Positions 1 through 11,000 of a stretch of 64,000 bases of DNA are shown here, one piece after another. The position numbers were made by a program, and so were the translations under genes. Where the stretch lies: contig RHPI01003369.1 in NCBI GenBank assembly GCA_009103225.1, positions 17,896-81,895 of the forward strand, written 5' to 3'. This DNA is from Chlorokybus atmophyticus. Its lineage: Eukaryota; Plantae; Mesostigma and Chlorokybus algae. Each line of letters begins with the position of its first letter. The stretch's first letter is position 1. The notes below the pieces were generated by a model. The model was not told where the DNA came from, ran no database searches, and was given only the letters and a program-made list of their open reading frames with translations.

Positions 1-273
1 TCAAGGTGCTTTGTGCCTGGAAGGTCACACTAGCAGACACTTGGAGAATCGAGGTGTAGCACCGTCATTGCCAGTGCTGTTTTTGCGTAATGGTGGTCTT
101 GAACGCTGCAGGCACACTGCCTTCAAGTTGGGAGCTTGCGGCGACGAAGCTCAGTCCACGGCAGCGCCGCTGGCGAGCTTGCACCAGCGATGTTGGAACT
201 GTGAGACTTTCGCTGCAGCCGGTCGGTGCGGTGTCTGCAGGCCCTCTAACTTGCCAAATCACCATCCGGCAGC

Positions 274-3200
274 TCAAGACTCCAAGAGGTCCAGAGTACC
301 CAGAGCGGCTAGCTCCCTGAAAATGTTTGGCAGCGCCTCTACTGGCAAGCTGCTGCAGGTTTGCAAGTGGAGCGTCTGCAGAGCCGTGAGCTTGTCGAAG
401 GACTGCGGCAGCGAAGCCAAGCTCTTGCACCACGACATGTAAAGCATACGCAGAGCTTCTAGTTTGCCAAAGGACTCTGGCAGGGCAGCCAATTCTCTGC
501 AACCTGACATGTTCAACGTCTGCAAAGCGGAAAGTTCGCCAAAAGGCTCCGGCAGGAAGGCCGCATTGCAAGTGCTCATGTCCAGCCTCTGCAAAGCCTT
601 AAGTTTGCCAAAGGACTCCGGCAGGAAGGCCAATTCACTGCAACCTGACATGTTCAACGTTTGCAAAGCTTCAAGTTTGCCAAAGGATTCTGGCAGGGTA
701 GCCAATGCACTGCAATGTGACATGATCAGCGTCTGCAAAGCTGCTAGTTGGCCAAACAACTTCGGCAGGGCAGCCAATCTGCTACAAGCTGACATGTGCA
801 GCATCTGCAAAGCCACAAGTTCGACAAAGGAGTCCGGCAAAGCAGCCAATCTCATGCAAAAAGACATTTGTAATGTCTGCAAACTCGCAAGTTCGCCAAA
901 GAACTCCGGCAGGCTAGCCAAGTTGTAGCAAGACGACATGTTTAACGTCTGCAGCAGTTTAAGCTTGCCAAAGGACTCCGGTAGGGCAGCCAATTCGTCG
1001 CAACCCCACAGGTCCAGCGTCTGCAAAGCCGCAAGTTTGCCAAAGGACTCCGGCAGGGCAGCCAAATGTCTGCAACGTGACAGGTTCAACGTCTGCAGCA
1101 GTTTAAGCTCGCCTATAGATTGAGGCAGCTTCTGTATATCCTCACAAGCCAATATCAACGTTTGCAACACTTGGAGTCTCTCAATAGACTCTGGCAGCTG
1201 GACTTCGCGATGATCTGGTAACTCATTGCTGCTCAGAGCGCTAGCGATGTGAAGTACGGCAAGGTGTGTGCAGGTGACAAAGACAGTACTCAAAACACTG
1301 CTGAGCACTCTCCGCGGATAATGCCACTCCAGAAAGACAAGCTCATCAGCGTTTAAGTTGCCTTCGAGACCGCAAAATGTGCCATCCCAATCAGCACTGC
1401 CAAGGTCTAGCATGCGAAGCTGAGGCATGAAGGGTAAGCCAGAGATCTTCTGCCCTTTGTTGACGGCAGCTAAGGACACAGACTCAACAGTTCCCTGAAG
1501 TTTAAAAACCTGCAAACAGCAGCGGCAGGTCAATCATAAGCAACGTGGGCAATGGCCGGCGCCAAATATTTGCACTTACATTATGCAAGTTGACCATGCA
1601 AGCAAGCTTGCAAGGCAACAACGAAGTTGCAGCTAAGCTAGTTTGAAACATGTACATTGCCATCGCACCTTCTGCATTGCGTCCAATGCCCCAGGCATCC
1701 AAATGCGCTTGGGAGGTTTACATAAACCGGCAATGCTTCGTCCCATGTCGCGAAGTTGGTCATGTATTGTGAGCTTGGGTTCACAATCAACAAGGCTCAA
1801 GATATCAAACAAGTGCAAGTAATTTGGCTCAAATCCCACTGCTGAAGGCTGTCGCCATGCTTGAAGTTGGTCATTTACTTTAAGCGGGGGTTGCCAACAA
1901 ACGAGGGACAAATTTACCAGGTGTTCGATTGTGATTGCCGCAAACTGTCCCCATACTGGCAGCACACTGCAAGCATCCTTCCCCAACGCAAAGCAGCAGA
2001 TGTCGAGAAACATGTCCTTCTCTACCTCCCCAAGCTTGTCATAGCTGAGCCGAAGCGTGCTCCACAACTTGTCGTCTTTGGTTCCATATAGTGCCTCTGC
2101 CTTTTTCAAACGATCTAAGATATACTTCAAGTTAAGAGCTGAGGCCCCAGTAGTTCGAAGATAAGAGCCCACGACTTCGAGCGTGAGCGGCAAGCCCTGG
2201 CATGCCTGAATAATGCTGTTGATATCTGTTTCCAAGGCCGTTGGCACCAGCTGCGAAGCAAAGACCAAATTGCGAAAAAGTTTTGTAGCCGCCTCTGCAT
2301 TGAGCGGGCCCACTTCCTCCTCCACCACCACCATATGCTTGTCACACCCCCGTATGTTTAGTAAACGGCGGTTGCGCGATGTTACCAGCACATAACTGCC
2401 GCTGTCAAGCACAGAGCTGCTTGCTTCCTCCAACCTGACGAGAGGCCCAAGCAGGGCATCGGTTTGGGTATCACTCCAAACGTCATCGACAAGAAGCAGC
2501 ACTTTCCGCCCTTGCAAATACTTCTCATACAAGGCGCTTCCTTCAGCAATGGAGTTGGATGCGATGCAGATATCCTGACCTGTTATTTTCTTCAACACCT
2601 GCTGTTGCAGCTGCACCACCCTCGCTTCACCTTGATGGTCTCCAACCGTCATAAAGCAGCTGCTGCCAGCAAACTTGCCGTGCAACTTGTTGTAGATTGC
2701 TTTTGCAAGTGTCGTCTTTCCGATGCCGCCCATACCCCAAAGACCCAGCATAACGGCCTTGCCTGGCGCATCAGCCCTCTTCATCTCCAGCTTAACCATG
2801 ATGTCCTCGACACGCCGTTCGATGTCCACTGGAAAACTGGCAACGGGCAAGGCGCGGGGGCGGACAATTCCCACCACAGCTCTCACCACAATCTTTGCAA
2901 GCTCAGCTGTGTCACTAACAACAAAAGTGCCAAAATGAGACCAGCAACAAAGACATAATAATTGAGGTACATACCCGCTAGCTTGGTCAAGCCTCCAGCC
3001 CGTTATGCTGAAGACTTTATCCAGAGCATTGTAATACTCAGCTTCATGATTGACATAATACGTCCCACCACGTCGACAAGCACTGCAGACAGCAAACACG
3101 TTGGCCACGCTAGTGGAGAAGAGAAGTTTGGTTGGCTGTTGAACTGTGTCTCATTATAATGTTCATTACCTGCTGACTTTCTTCTGTAATGCGCCTTTCA

Positions 3201-4099
3201 ATGTCTCAAACTCGCCGCAGAAGATAGGCATGATCTTGCCTGGATCCGCCATCATGATGCGCAGCTCCTCAAGGCAGTAGCAGGAGTCCCCGTAGCCTTG
3301 AGATAGAACAGGCATCTTGATGCGAGCGGTTCTTACGTTGTCCAGAATAACGCCCCAAGCATCCGTCTCCCCGGGTTTCAGGCTAAACTCGTCCACAAAT
3401 GCGGTAACATTTAACTCTCTCAGATCGCTGTACAGAAAGCTGACGAAGTTTTTCTTGACTTCCGGCCCCCGATGGCTCAGGAAAACATCACAACCAGGGC
3501 GAGGTATGGATTTTGGGGGTCCCATTGGCTCATTTGCGCCTGCAGCAATCAAGTTAGGAACGTCAGTTGGGCAGGTGTTAGGTAGTAATCAGTGAGAACA
3601 AGTAAGAGCAGCAAGCCTGGCATCCTGCCTGGCCACCCGCACAAGTGCTCGTTACAGAGACGACACGCAAGTGCAAAACCTGAGTGCCCACAAGTTCTCA
3701 TAGTTTGTTACTGCGCAACCGAGCAAGACGCACTCGTACGATTTGGTCACACAATCACCTCTTCTGTAAAAGCATGTGCAACTGCACGACTAGGTAAAGT
3801 ATCTGACTTGCTGAGCCGTCGCTGCAATGGTCCTTCAGACATTACTACGCTGAACTAATAGCTAACTATTAGGTCACTATTATTGCCTAGCATCCACGAC
3901 ACATGCTGACAGCAAGTTCTATACTACAACAAGTTGAGTTGCATGTCAGGTGCCAACATAACGCTATTGAAGTGGGTGGGTGTGCATGCGCTATTGCACG
4001 GCAATAAGACGTGTGACCAAGCAGATGCACACTACCACCAGCTCGGGGCTTACCAGGAGACGGCTGGGGGTTCTCTCGATCACTCCGGGTCCTCCTCAT
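274..4099 (-). CDS. TIR-NB-ARC-LRR (TNL) immune-receptor-like protein, multi-exon
   Basis: TIR exon ~3170-3545 (DVFLSHRGPEVKKNFVSFLY...SCYCLEELRIM) plus a short exon ~3075-2975 (EYYNALDKVFSITGW). NB-ARC exon ~2905-1670 has P-loop GMGGIGKTTLAKAIYN, kinase-2 LLLVDDVW, RNBS-B VLVTSRN, GLPL, RNBS-D FLDICCF and an MHD-like IHDQLRDMGR. LRR exon ~1510-274 has ~13 24-aa repeats (LPESFGKLxALQTLxMSxCxxLAx). A putative first exon (ATG at 4099, MRRTRSDRENPQPSP, phase-1 GTAAGC donor) is phase-compatible with the acceptor at ~3542. Confidence 0.9.
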
Positions 4100-5257
4100 A
4101 GTCAATGTGCCAGCAATCTACACGTATACAGCCAACTCCAATCAACTGCTGGATGACGATTACACTCGAGTAGTGCAGTCAGCCAGCGATGAGCTCAAGT
4201 TGCTTAACGGTCCGGACATCGCGCCTGTTTGTGAGCGCCACCAGGCATTCATACATGCAGGAAAGACTGCGAATGCGAGCGAGGGAGCTGAGCGCTTTAC
4301 AGGTTCATTACGGTAGTATGCAACTAGGCAAGGATGACTGGTTCGTCAATGTCTCGCCCGCATGCGCACTGAAACATGCACGCATACGCATGCGCATGTT
4401 GCGATCAGTGCCCAATCACACAGCAAAATACACACACAGATGAACTGCTGTCTGCATGGGGGGAAACAAGCCCTAGAACTGTACCTGCTCCAAATTCTGA
4501 AACATATGCTGAGAGTCAGCTGGCACTGAGGTCGCCAGCAGCACTCCCATGCAGTCTCGGCAGCAAGCTTGCTGTAGCCAACTGCTCGCATAGACGGAGT
4601 GCCGAGCGGCATGCATGAGTGGCAATCGACATGGCTGAGTCAATCCTCACATGATGCACGTCACGCACATGCACGCACACACACACATACACCGCAACGC
4701 TCATAGTTGGATGTGCGTGACGTTGACAGCCCGAACAACAGCCAAAGAAGCTTTCACTGGAAACACAACTAGCTAGCTAGTCTAGCTGGCTATGCTCGTG
4801 CTTCCGCTCGACTCCAGCTAATGACAAAGCATTGGCAAGCACAAGCTTAGGCTACATAAAAGGGCAACGCACCTTTCCCACCACCCGCTGCGAACACGAT
4901 GGGGGGGGCTCCGGCTGCTTGTCCTTCCGTCGTCTACCGGAGGTGGCGGAAACCCGCTCTCCCTCCACCTGCTCGCCGCCAGTGGCGAGACCAAGAAAGC
5001 GGCGGCGGCAGCGGCGGCGGCCGGAGCTGGAGTGCCTTCGGCCAGCGTCACGACCCTCACAATCACACACACACACACTCCTACGCCGCCCCTTGCTCCC
5101 CGCCCCCTGGGAGAGACCACGACCTTCCTGCCACTGGAGGAGAGCCAAGCAATGCCGGGGCCGGCAGTACCTGCCGTACTGCTGGCGCGGGACCTAACAC
5201 TCCGCTCCAACCCCACATCCACATCCACATTCACACCCAGATCCAGATCCAGCTGCT

Positions 5258-7136
5258 CCTGGACTCGCCTGCGCTACAGGCACATGCCCTCGCGCGCACT
5301 CTGAAAGCGAGCCTGGAGATGCGTTGAAGTAGGTTTATGTGGCACAGATAATTAGCAGGCTTCACTGCATTGGTTCAGATGTTTTATGTTAGCTTGCATC
5401 CTTGTTTGTTAATTTGTATTGTTGAGGTGTTATGTTTTGCGGTAAGGCATTGCAAGCATCTAAAAGTGTTAAATATATATCTATGTAAGAATGTGCGGTA
5501 CTTACCAAGACATGAAATTAAATATGCAATGTATTTTATATGAACGCGCATGCATTTCATTAATGAAAACGCACATAAAATGGATGTACAAAACGCCACC
5601 GTCGCACATGAAACGGCAATATAACAAGTTCTGAACGTTGCCAATGCACAAAGCTTGCAAAATTAACAGAAAATAACATGAATACAAAATCAACCTTTTT
5701 ATGTAAACAGCTACCCAATCATAAACACTGGTCTTTAAAACAACGAGAGATAATTGCCTTCTCCATTGGAATCGATACGATGCTGCCATTTCATGCACTT
5801 ATAGTTAAAGAGATTTTTTAGATTGGTACGAAGGCATTTGTTGTCGAGTTTGTTCACTTTTTAATACACCTTAATACACATGAACTTTTATTGAGATGGA
5901 ATTGATAATATCATATTATCAACCTGCTTCTCCGCATAAAAGGCGGCAGTATCCCCTTTGTTAAGCGAGTTTATATAAAGCTACGGCAGAGCCGGGAGTA
6001 CTATTAACGGATACCCAACTTTGACTCGAGTGCACCTATTATATTGCATAAACTGACCTCTTATTTGAGTTGAAATAATGAGATTTAATAATGCCACATG
6101 AATTCAACTTTACATCTGAGTTTAGGAACAGATATCCACTTACAAACTCAATGTGATAATTATATACTTGGGAGCCAACAATCACTACTCAACCGTGGAG
6201 GTGGGGGGGTGATTGTTGGCTCCCAAGTATATAATTATCACATTGAGTTTGTAAGTGGATATCTGTTCCTAAACTCAGATGTAAAGTTGAATTCATGTGG
6301 CATTATTAAATCTCATTATTTCAACTCAAATAAGAGGTCAGTTTATGCAATATAATAGGTGCACTCGAGTCAAAGTTGGGTATCCGTTAATAGTACTCCC
6401 GGCTCTGCCGTAGCTTTATATAAACTCGCTTAACAAAGGGGATACTGCCGCCTTTTATGCGGAGAAGCAGGTTGATAATATGATATTATCAATTCCATCT
6501 CAATAAAAGTTCATGTGTATTAAGGTGTATTAAAAAGTGAACAAACTCGACAACAAATGCCTTCGTACCAATCTAAAAAATCTCTTTAACTATAAGTGCA
6601 TGAAATGGCAGCATCGTATCGATTCCAATGGAGAAGGCAATTATCTCTCGTTGTTTTAAAGACCAGTGTTTATGATTGGGTAGCTGTTTACATAAAAAGG
6701 TTGATTTTGTATTCATGTTATTTTCTGTTAATTTTGCAAGCTTTGTGCATTGGCAACGTTCAGAACTTGTTATATTGCCGTTTCATGTGCGACGGTGGCG
6801 TTTTGTACATCCATTTTATGTGCGTTTTCATTAATGAAATGCATGCGCGTTCATATAAAATACATTGCATATTTAATTTCATGTCTTGGTAAGTACCGCA
6901 CATTCTTACATAGATATATATTTAACACTTTTAGATGCTTGCAATGCCTTACCGCAAAACATAACACCTCAACAATACAAATTAACAAACAAGGATGCAA
7001 GCTAACATAAAACATCTGAACCAATGCAGTGAAGCCTGCTAATTATCTGTGCCACATAAACCTACTTCAACGCATCTCCAGGCTCGCTTTCAGAGTGCGC
7101 GCGAGGGCATGTGCCTGTAGCGCAGGCGAGTCCAGG
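5258..7136. repeat. Long inverted repeat: two 928-bp arms (5258-6185 / 6209-7136) with a 23-bp spacer
   Basis: Arms read as reverse complements wherever I compared them. The ORF track has identical mirror ORFs (5384..5644- = 6750..7010+; 5502..5798- = 6596..6892+), all summing to 12394. The right arm stops exactly at the N at 7137. Confidence 0.95.
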
Positions 7137-7226
7137 NGTCGCGCAGCAGATGTCGAGTTATTCTCATTGTCTTGTCAGCTTTAGATCCAATTGCTCAACT
7201 AATAATTGAATAGGTGACACCTCAGA

Positions 7227-7645
7227 TGTAACAGTCAAGGCCAAATTCTGTGATTTTCATGGCCGTTTTAGGCCTTATTTGTAAGGTACATGTTTTTAAT
7301 GACTTGTGGCGGATATCGGCGAGTTATGAGTCTGCCGCGGATATCGACCGGGGCCCCAAGACCAGTCCGGAAGGTGCCAGAAAACGGAGGGCCAGTCGAG
7401 AAGGGCTCGACCAGATTTCTGGAAGGGCCTGGCGCCAAGTAGTATAACTTGACCATATGAGCAGCAAATTAGGAGATCTTTGGTGCGTTGGAAAGGTCTA
7501 GAAGTGTACTACAAGATTCTGCAAGAATATCTTAGCTTCTAGTTCCGTCTAGCGCTAGAATCGTCTAGACAGTAGCATGTGCAGACTGGTAGGTATAAAA
7601 GTGACATTCTACAACTTGCAATACAACCTTTAGCTCCCTAGTTTC
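7227..7645 (+). repeat. 5' LTR (partial, 419 bp visible)
   Basis: Matches 11615-12033 with one difference seen by eye (7615 C vs 12003 T). Contains TATA-like GGTATAAAA at ~7592. The match ends 8 nt before the N at 7654. Confidence 0.93.
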
Positions 7646-7654
7646 GACGCGTTN

Positions 7655-8032
7655 TACTTCAAGTCCACCACAAGAAACACTGACTGGAGGCAAAGGCATG
7701 GTGATCAGCCCCGGGGAGGCTTTCAACATGCATGGAGACGAGGAGAACCAAGTTCAGCACTTGCCAATGGAGGTGCAGCTGACTCTGGGCCTGCACCAAT
7801 GGAGGTGGGTGCCATACACACACATGGAAATAAGGCGAAGCACGGCGGACATGGTGAAAGAGGTAAAAGTGTGCGCAAGTGTTATGCGTGTGGGTCGACG
7901 GAGCATTTGGCGTACGGATGCCCCAAACGAAGCACGCAAAGGCCAACACCGGATGGCAACCCTCGCCGTGATCGTCGCGTCAACACCATGGAGCAAAATG
8001 GCGTGGAGCAGGAAAACGACTTCCCCCAGTAG
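7655..8032 (+). CDS. gag: gag C-terminal fragment (nucleocapsid zinc knuckle)
   Basis: Frame is open from just after the N: ...GPAPMEVG motif typical of gypsy gag, CCHC knuckle CYACGSTEHLAYGC, stop TAG at 8030-8032. Confidence 0.9.
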   Translation, partial: YFKSTTRNTDWRQRHGDQPRGGFQHAWRRGEPSSALANGGAADSGPAPMEVGAIHTHGNKAKHGGHGERGKSVRKCYACGSTEHLAYGCPKRSTQRPTPDGNPRRDRRVNTMEQNGVEQENDFPQ

Positions 8033-8085
8033 GTGAGGAGGCTACTGCTGGGGATAGGAAGGAGCCTCATGCACGGACGGATGCT

Positions 8086-11000
8086 GTGACATTTCCATTA
8101 AAGAAGCAAGAGGAGATGGCTTTGAACGCGCCAATGGTGGTGAGTTATGCAAACGAGGAGACAACAAAGTACTTCGGGCTTCGAGCACACATTTGCGATG
8201 ACCAAGGACGATGGAGAGAGTGTAAGCTCATGATTGATAGCGGTGCCAACAGCAACTTCATGAGTATTGATATCGCGCGGCGTTACGGTTGGCTTTCGTC
8301 ATTACGAGGAGGTGAAGTGAAGCTCGCTGATGGAGAGCCACCCTCTGGAGGTGATGGCGCTGCGTTTATGACCAAAGAGTTGTGCGTTCGCATTGGGAAG
8401 ATGAAGGAGAGCATGCGGTTTTGCTGCATCACCCTACGGAACGGGTTTGATGGGATTTTGGGACTACCGTGGCTATGGCAACATAATCCAGCTATCAATT
8501 GGAGGAAGCGCGTGCTCACCATTGAGCGAAACGGTGGAGAGTCCATTCAAGCTGCATCGGACGTCATTGAGGCGCGGCACGCACAATTAGGTGGTACGAC
8601 AATTGCCCAGATCTCTTATGTGCAATTGATGAAGTTATTGTCTCCACGGAAGGCAAAGGCTGCATGGTTGTGCGTGGTGCGCGAAAACACTGCAAAGTCA
8701 GCACCGGAGCTGAGTGACGATGTTCAGACGGCTACTATGGACCCCGAGGTGTGTAAACTTGTTAAAGAATACCAAGATATCATGGTGGACGGACTTCCAT
8801 CTGGTCTACCACCTCCACGGAGCGTAGACCACCGTGTGGAGCTGATTGAGGGCGTGCACAAGCCACCGTATCGACCCGTATACAAGTTGTCACCTTTGGA
8901 ACTGGAAGAGGCCGAGAGGCAGGTGGCGGACTTGCTGGAAAGAGGCTACATCAGGCCTAGTAAGTCCCCCTATGGTGCACCTATTTTGTTTGTACGAAAG
9001 AAGAACGGGAGCTTGCGCATGTGCGTCGACTACCGAGCTCTCAACAACATCACGAAGAGGAATTGCTTTCCACTCCCACGTATCGACGAGTTGCTGGAGC
9101 AATTGCAAGGTGCGCAGTACTTCACAACACTTGATCTTGCTGGAGGTTATCACCAAATTCGCATCGCGCCCGAGGATGTGGAGAAAACAGCTTTTAACAC
9201 ACGTTATGGGCACTACGAGTGGTTGGTCATGTCCTTCGGACTTACGAACGCACCGGCAACATTTCAAACGCTTATGAACAGCGTTTTTGCTGACTTGATT
9301 GGTAAGGGAGTCCTCGTGTACCTCGACGACATTTTGGTGTACGCGACAACAAAGGAGGAGCACGTGGCACTTCTACGGCGCGTGTTGCAGCGTTTGCGCG
9401 AACACAAGTTGTACGCCCAGCTACAAAAGTGCAAATTCTTGCTTCGAGAGGTGGAGTACCTAGGCCACATTGTGTCGCATGAAGGCATCAAGCCGGACCC
9501 CAACAAAGTGCAGGTGGTGCGCGAGTGGGCTGCCCCGACCAATGTAAAGGAGGTGATGTCCTTTTTAGGCCTTGCGGGGTATTATCGCAAGTTTATCATG
9601 GGGTTTTCGCGCATAGCTGCTCCCTTGACTACCCTACTCAAGAAGGGAAAGCATTGGAGCTGGTCAGCAACAGAGGAACATGCATTTGCTGCGTTGAAGA
9701 AGGCGCTGACGGAGGCACCAGTCCTGGCTCACCCCAACATGGAAAAGACATTTATTTTGGCTTGCGACGCGTCCGACACAGCCGTAGGAGCTGTTTTGCA
9801 GCAAGACCATGGCAACGGCCTTCAACCAGTAGCATTCTTCAGCAAGAAGATGAGTGGTGCGGAGCTGAATTACCCCGTGCACGAGAAGGAACTTTTAGCG
9901 CAAGTCATGGCGCTACGACAATGGCGTTGTTTTCTGGAAGGCAAAAAGTTCGTGCTTGAGACGGATCACTCTCCACTGAGGTACTTACAAACACAACCTC
10001 ATCTGAGTCGCAGACAAGCTCGATGGCTTGAGTTCTTTCAACTTTTTGACTTCGATATCAAGTACAAGCCCGGTACGTCAAATGGTGTTGCTGACGCGCT
10101 GAGCCGGCTTAATGCAATTGAGGCACTCGCTCAAGTGCAGCCCGAGTGGACCGACCAGATTCGGCAAGTGCTTCGTGAAGACACGGAGGGTATGAAAGTG
10201 TTGCAAGAGCTGGAAAATACAGCTACGGACACAAGTGGGCACTGGTCAATGCGCGACGGGCTGCTGTGGCACCATGGGCGCTTGTACATCCCCAACGTCG
10301 CGCATATCCGTGTGAAGTTGCTGAAGGAAGCTCATGACGTGCCCATTGCTGGTCACCAAGGGTTGGAAAGGACTTTGGCAAGCTTAAAACAGCGTTTTTA
10401 CTGGCGAGAGATGCATCGCGATGTGCGCGACTACGTGGCGTTGTGCGACGCATGCCAAAGGGTGAAGGCAAGCAACCAAAAGCCAGGTGGGTTGCTGCAA
10501 CCTCTCCCTGTGCCATTGTCCAAGTGGGAGCAAGTTACCATGGACTTTATCACGGGGCTACCAAAGACAAAAGAAGGGTACGACGCTATACTTGTGTTCG
10601 TCGATAAAACCAGCAAAATGGTACGCTTGGCACCGTGTAGTGAGTCTTGCACGGCACCGGAGGCAGCACGCTTGTTCGTGAAGCATGTATTTCGTTCTCA
10701 TGGATTACCACGAAGCATTGTGAGTGATCGCGACCCGCGCTTTACAAGTAAGTTTTGGGAGGCGCTGCATAGTGCACTGGGTACCACACTGAAGTTTAGC
10801 ACGGCATTCCACCCGCAAACTGATGGGCAAACGGAGCGGGCCAACCGTGTGATCGAGGACATGCTGCGTTGCTACGTTAACGCGCGACAAGACAATTGGG
10901 AGGAGCTGCTTGAGTTGGTTGAGTTTGCGATCAACAACCACCACAATGCAAGCACAGGTGTCACTCCCTTCCTTATGAACTACGGGCAACATCCATTGAC

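Noticed and set aside
400-1150. 72-nt periodic repeats as a CRISPR array
   Set aside because: They are in-frame coding LRR units with no unique spacers, in a eukaryotic gene with no cas genes.
5384-7010. Duplicated ORF pairs (86 aa and 98 aa) as genes
   Set aside because: They are mirror images produced by the palindrome, in AT-rich DNA, with no recognisable protein features.
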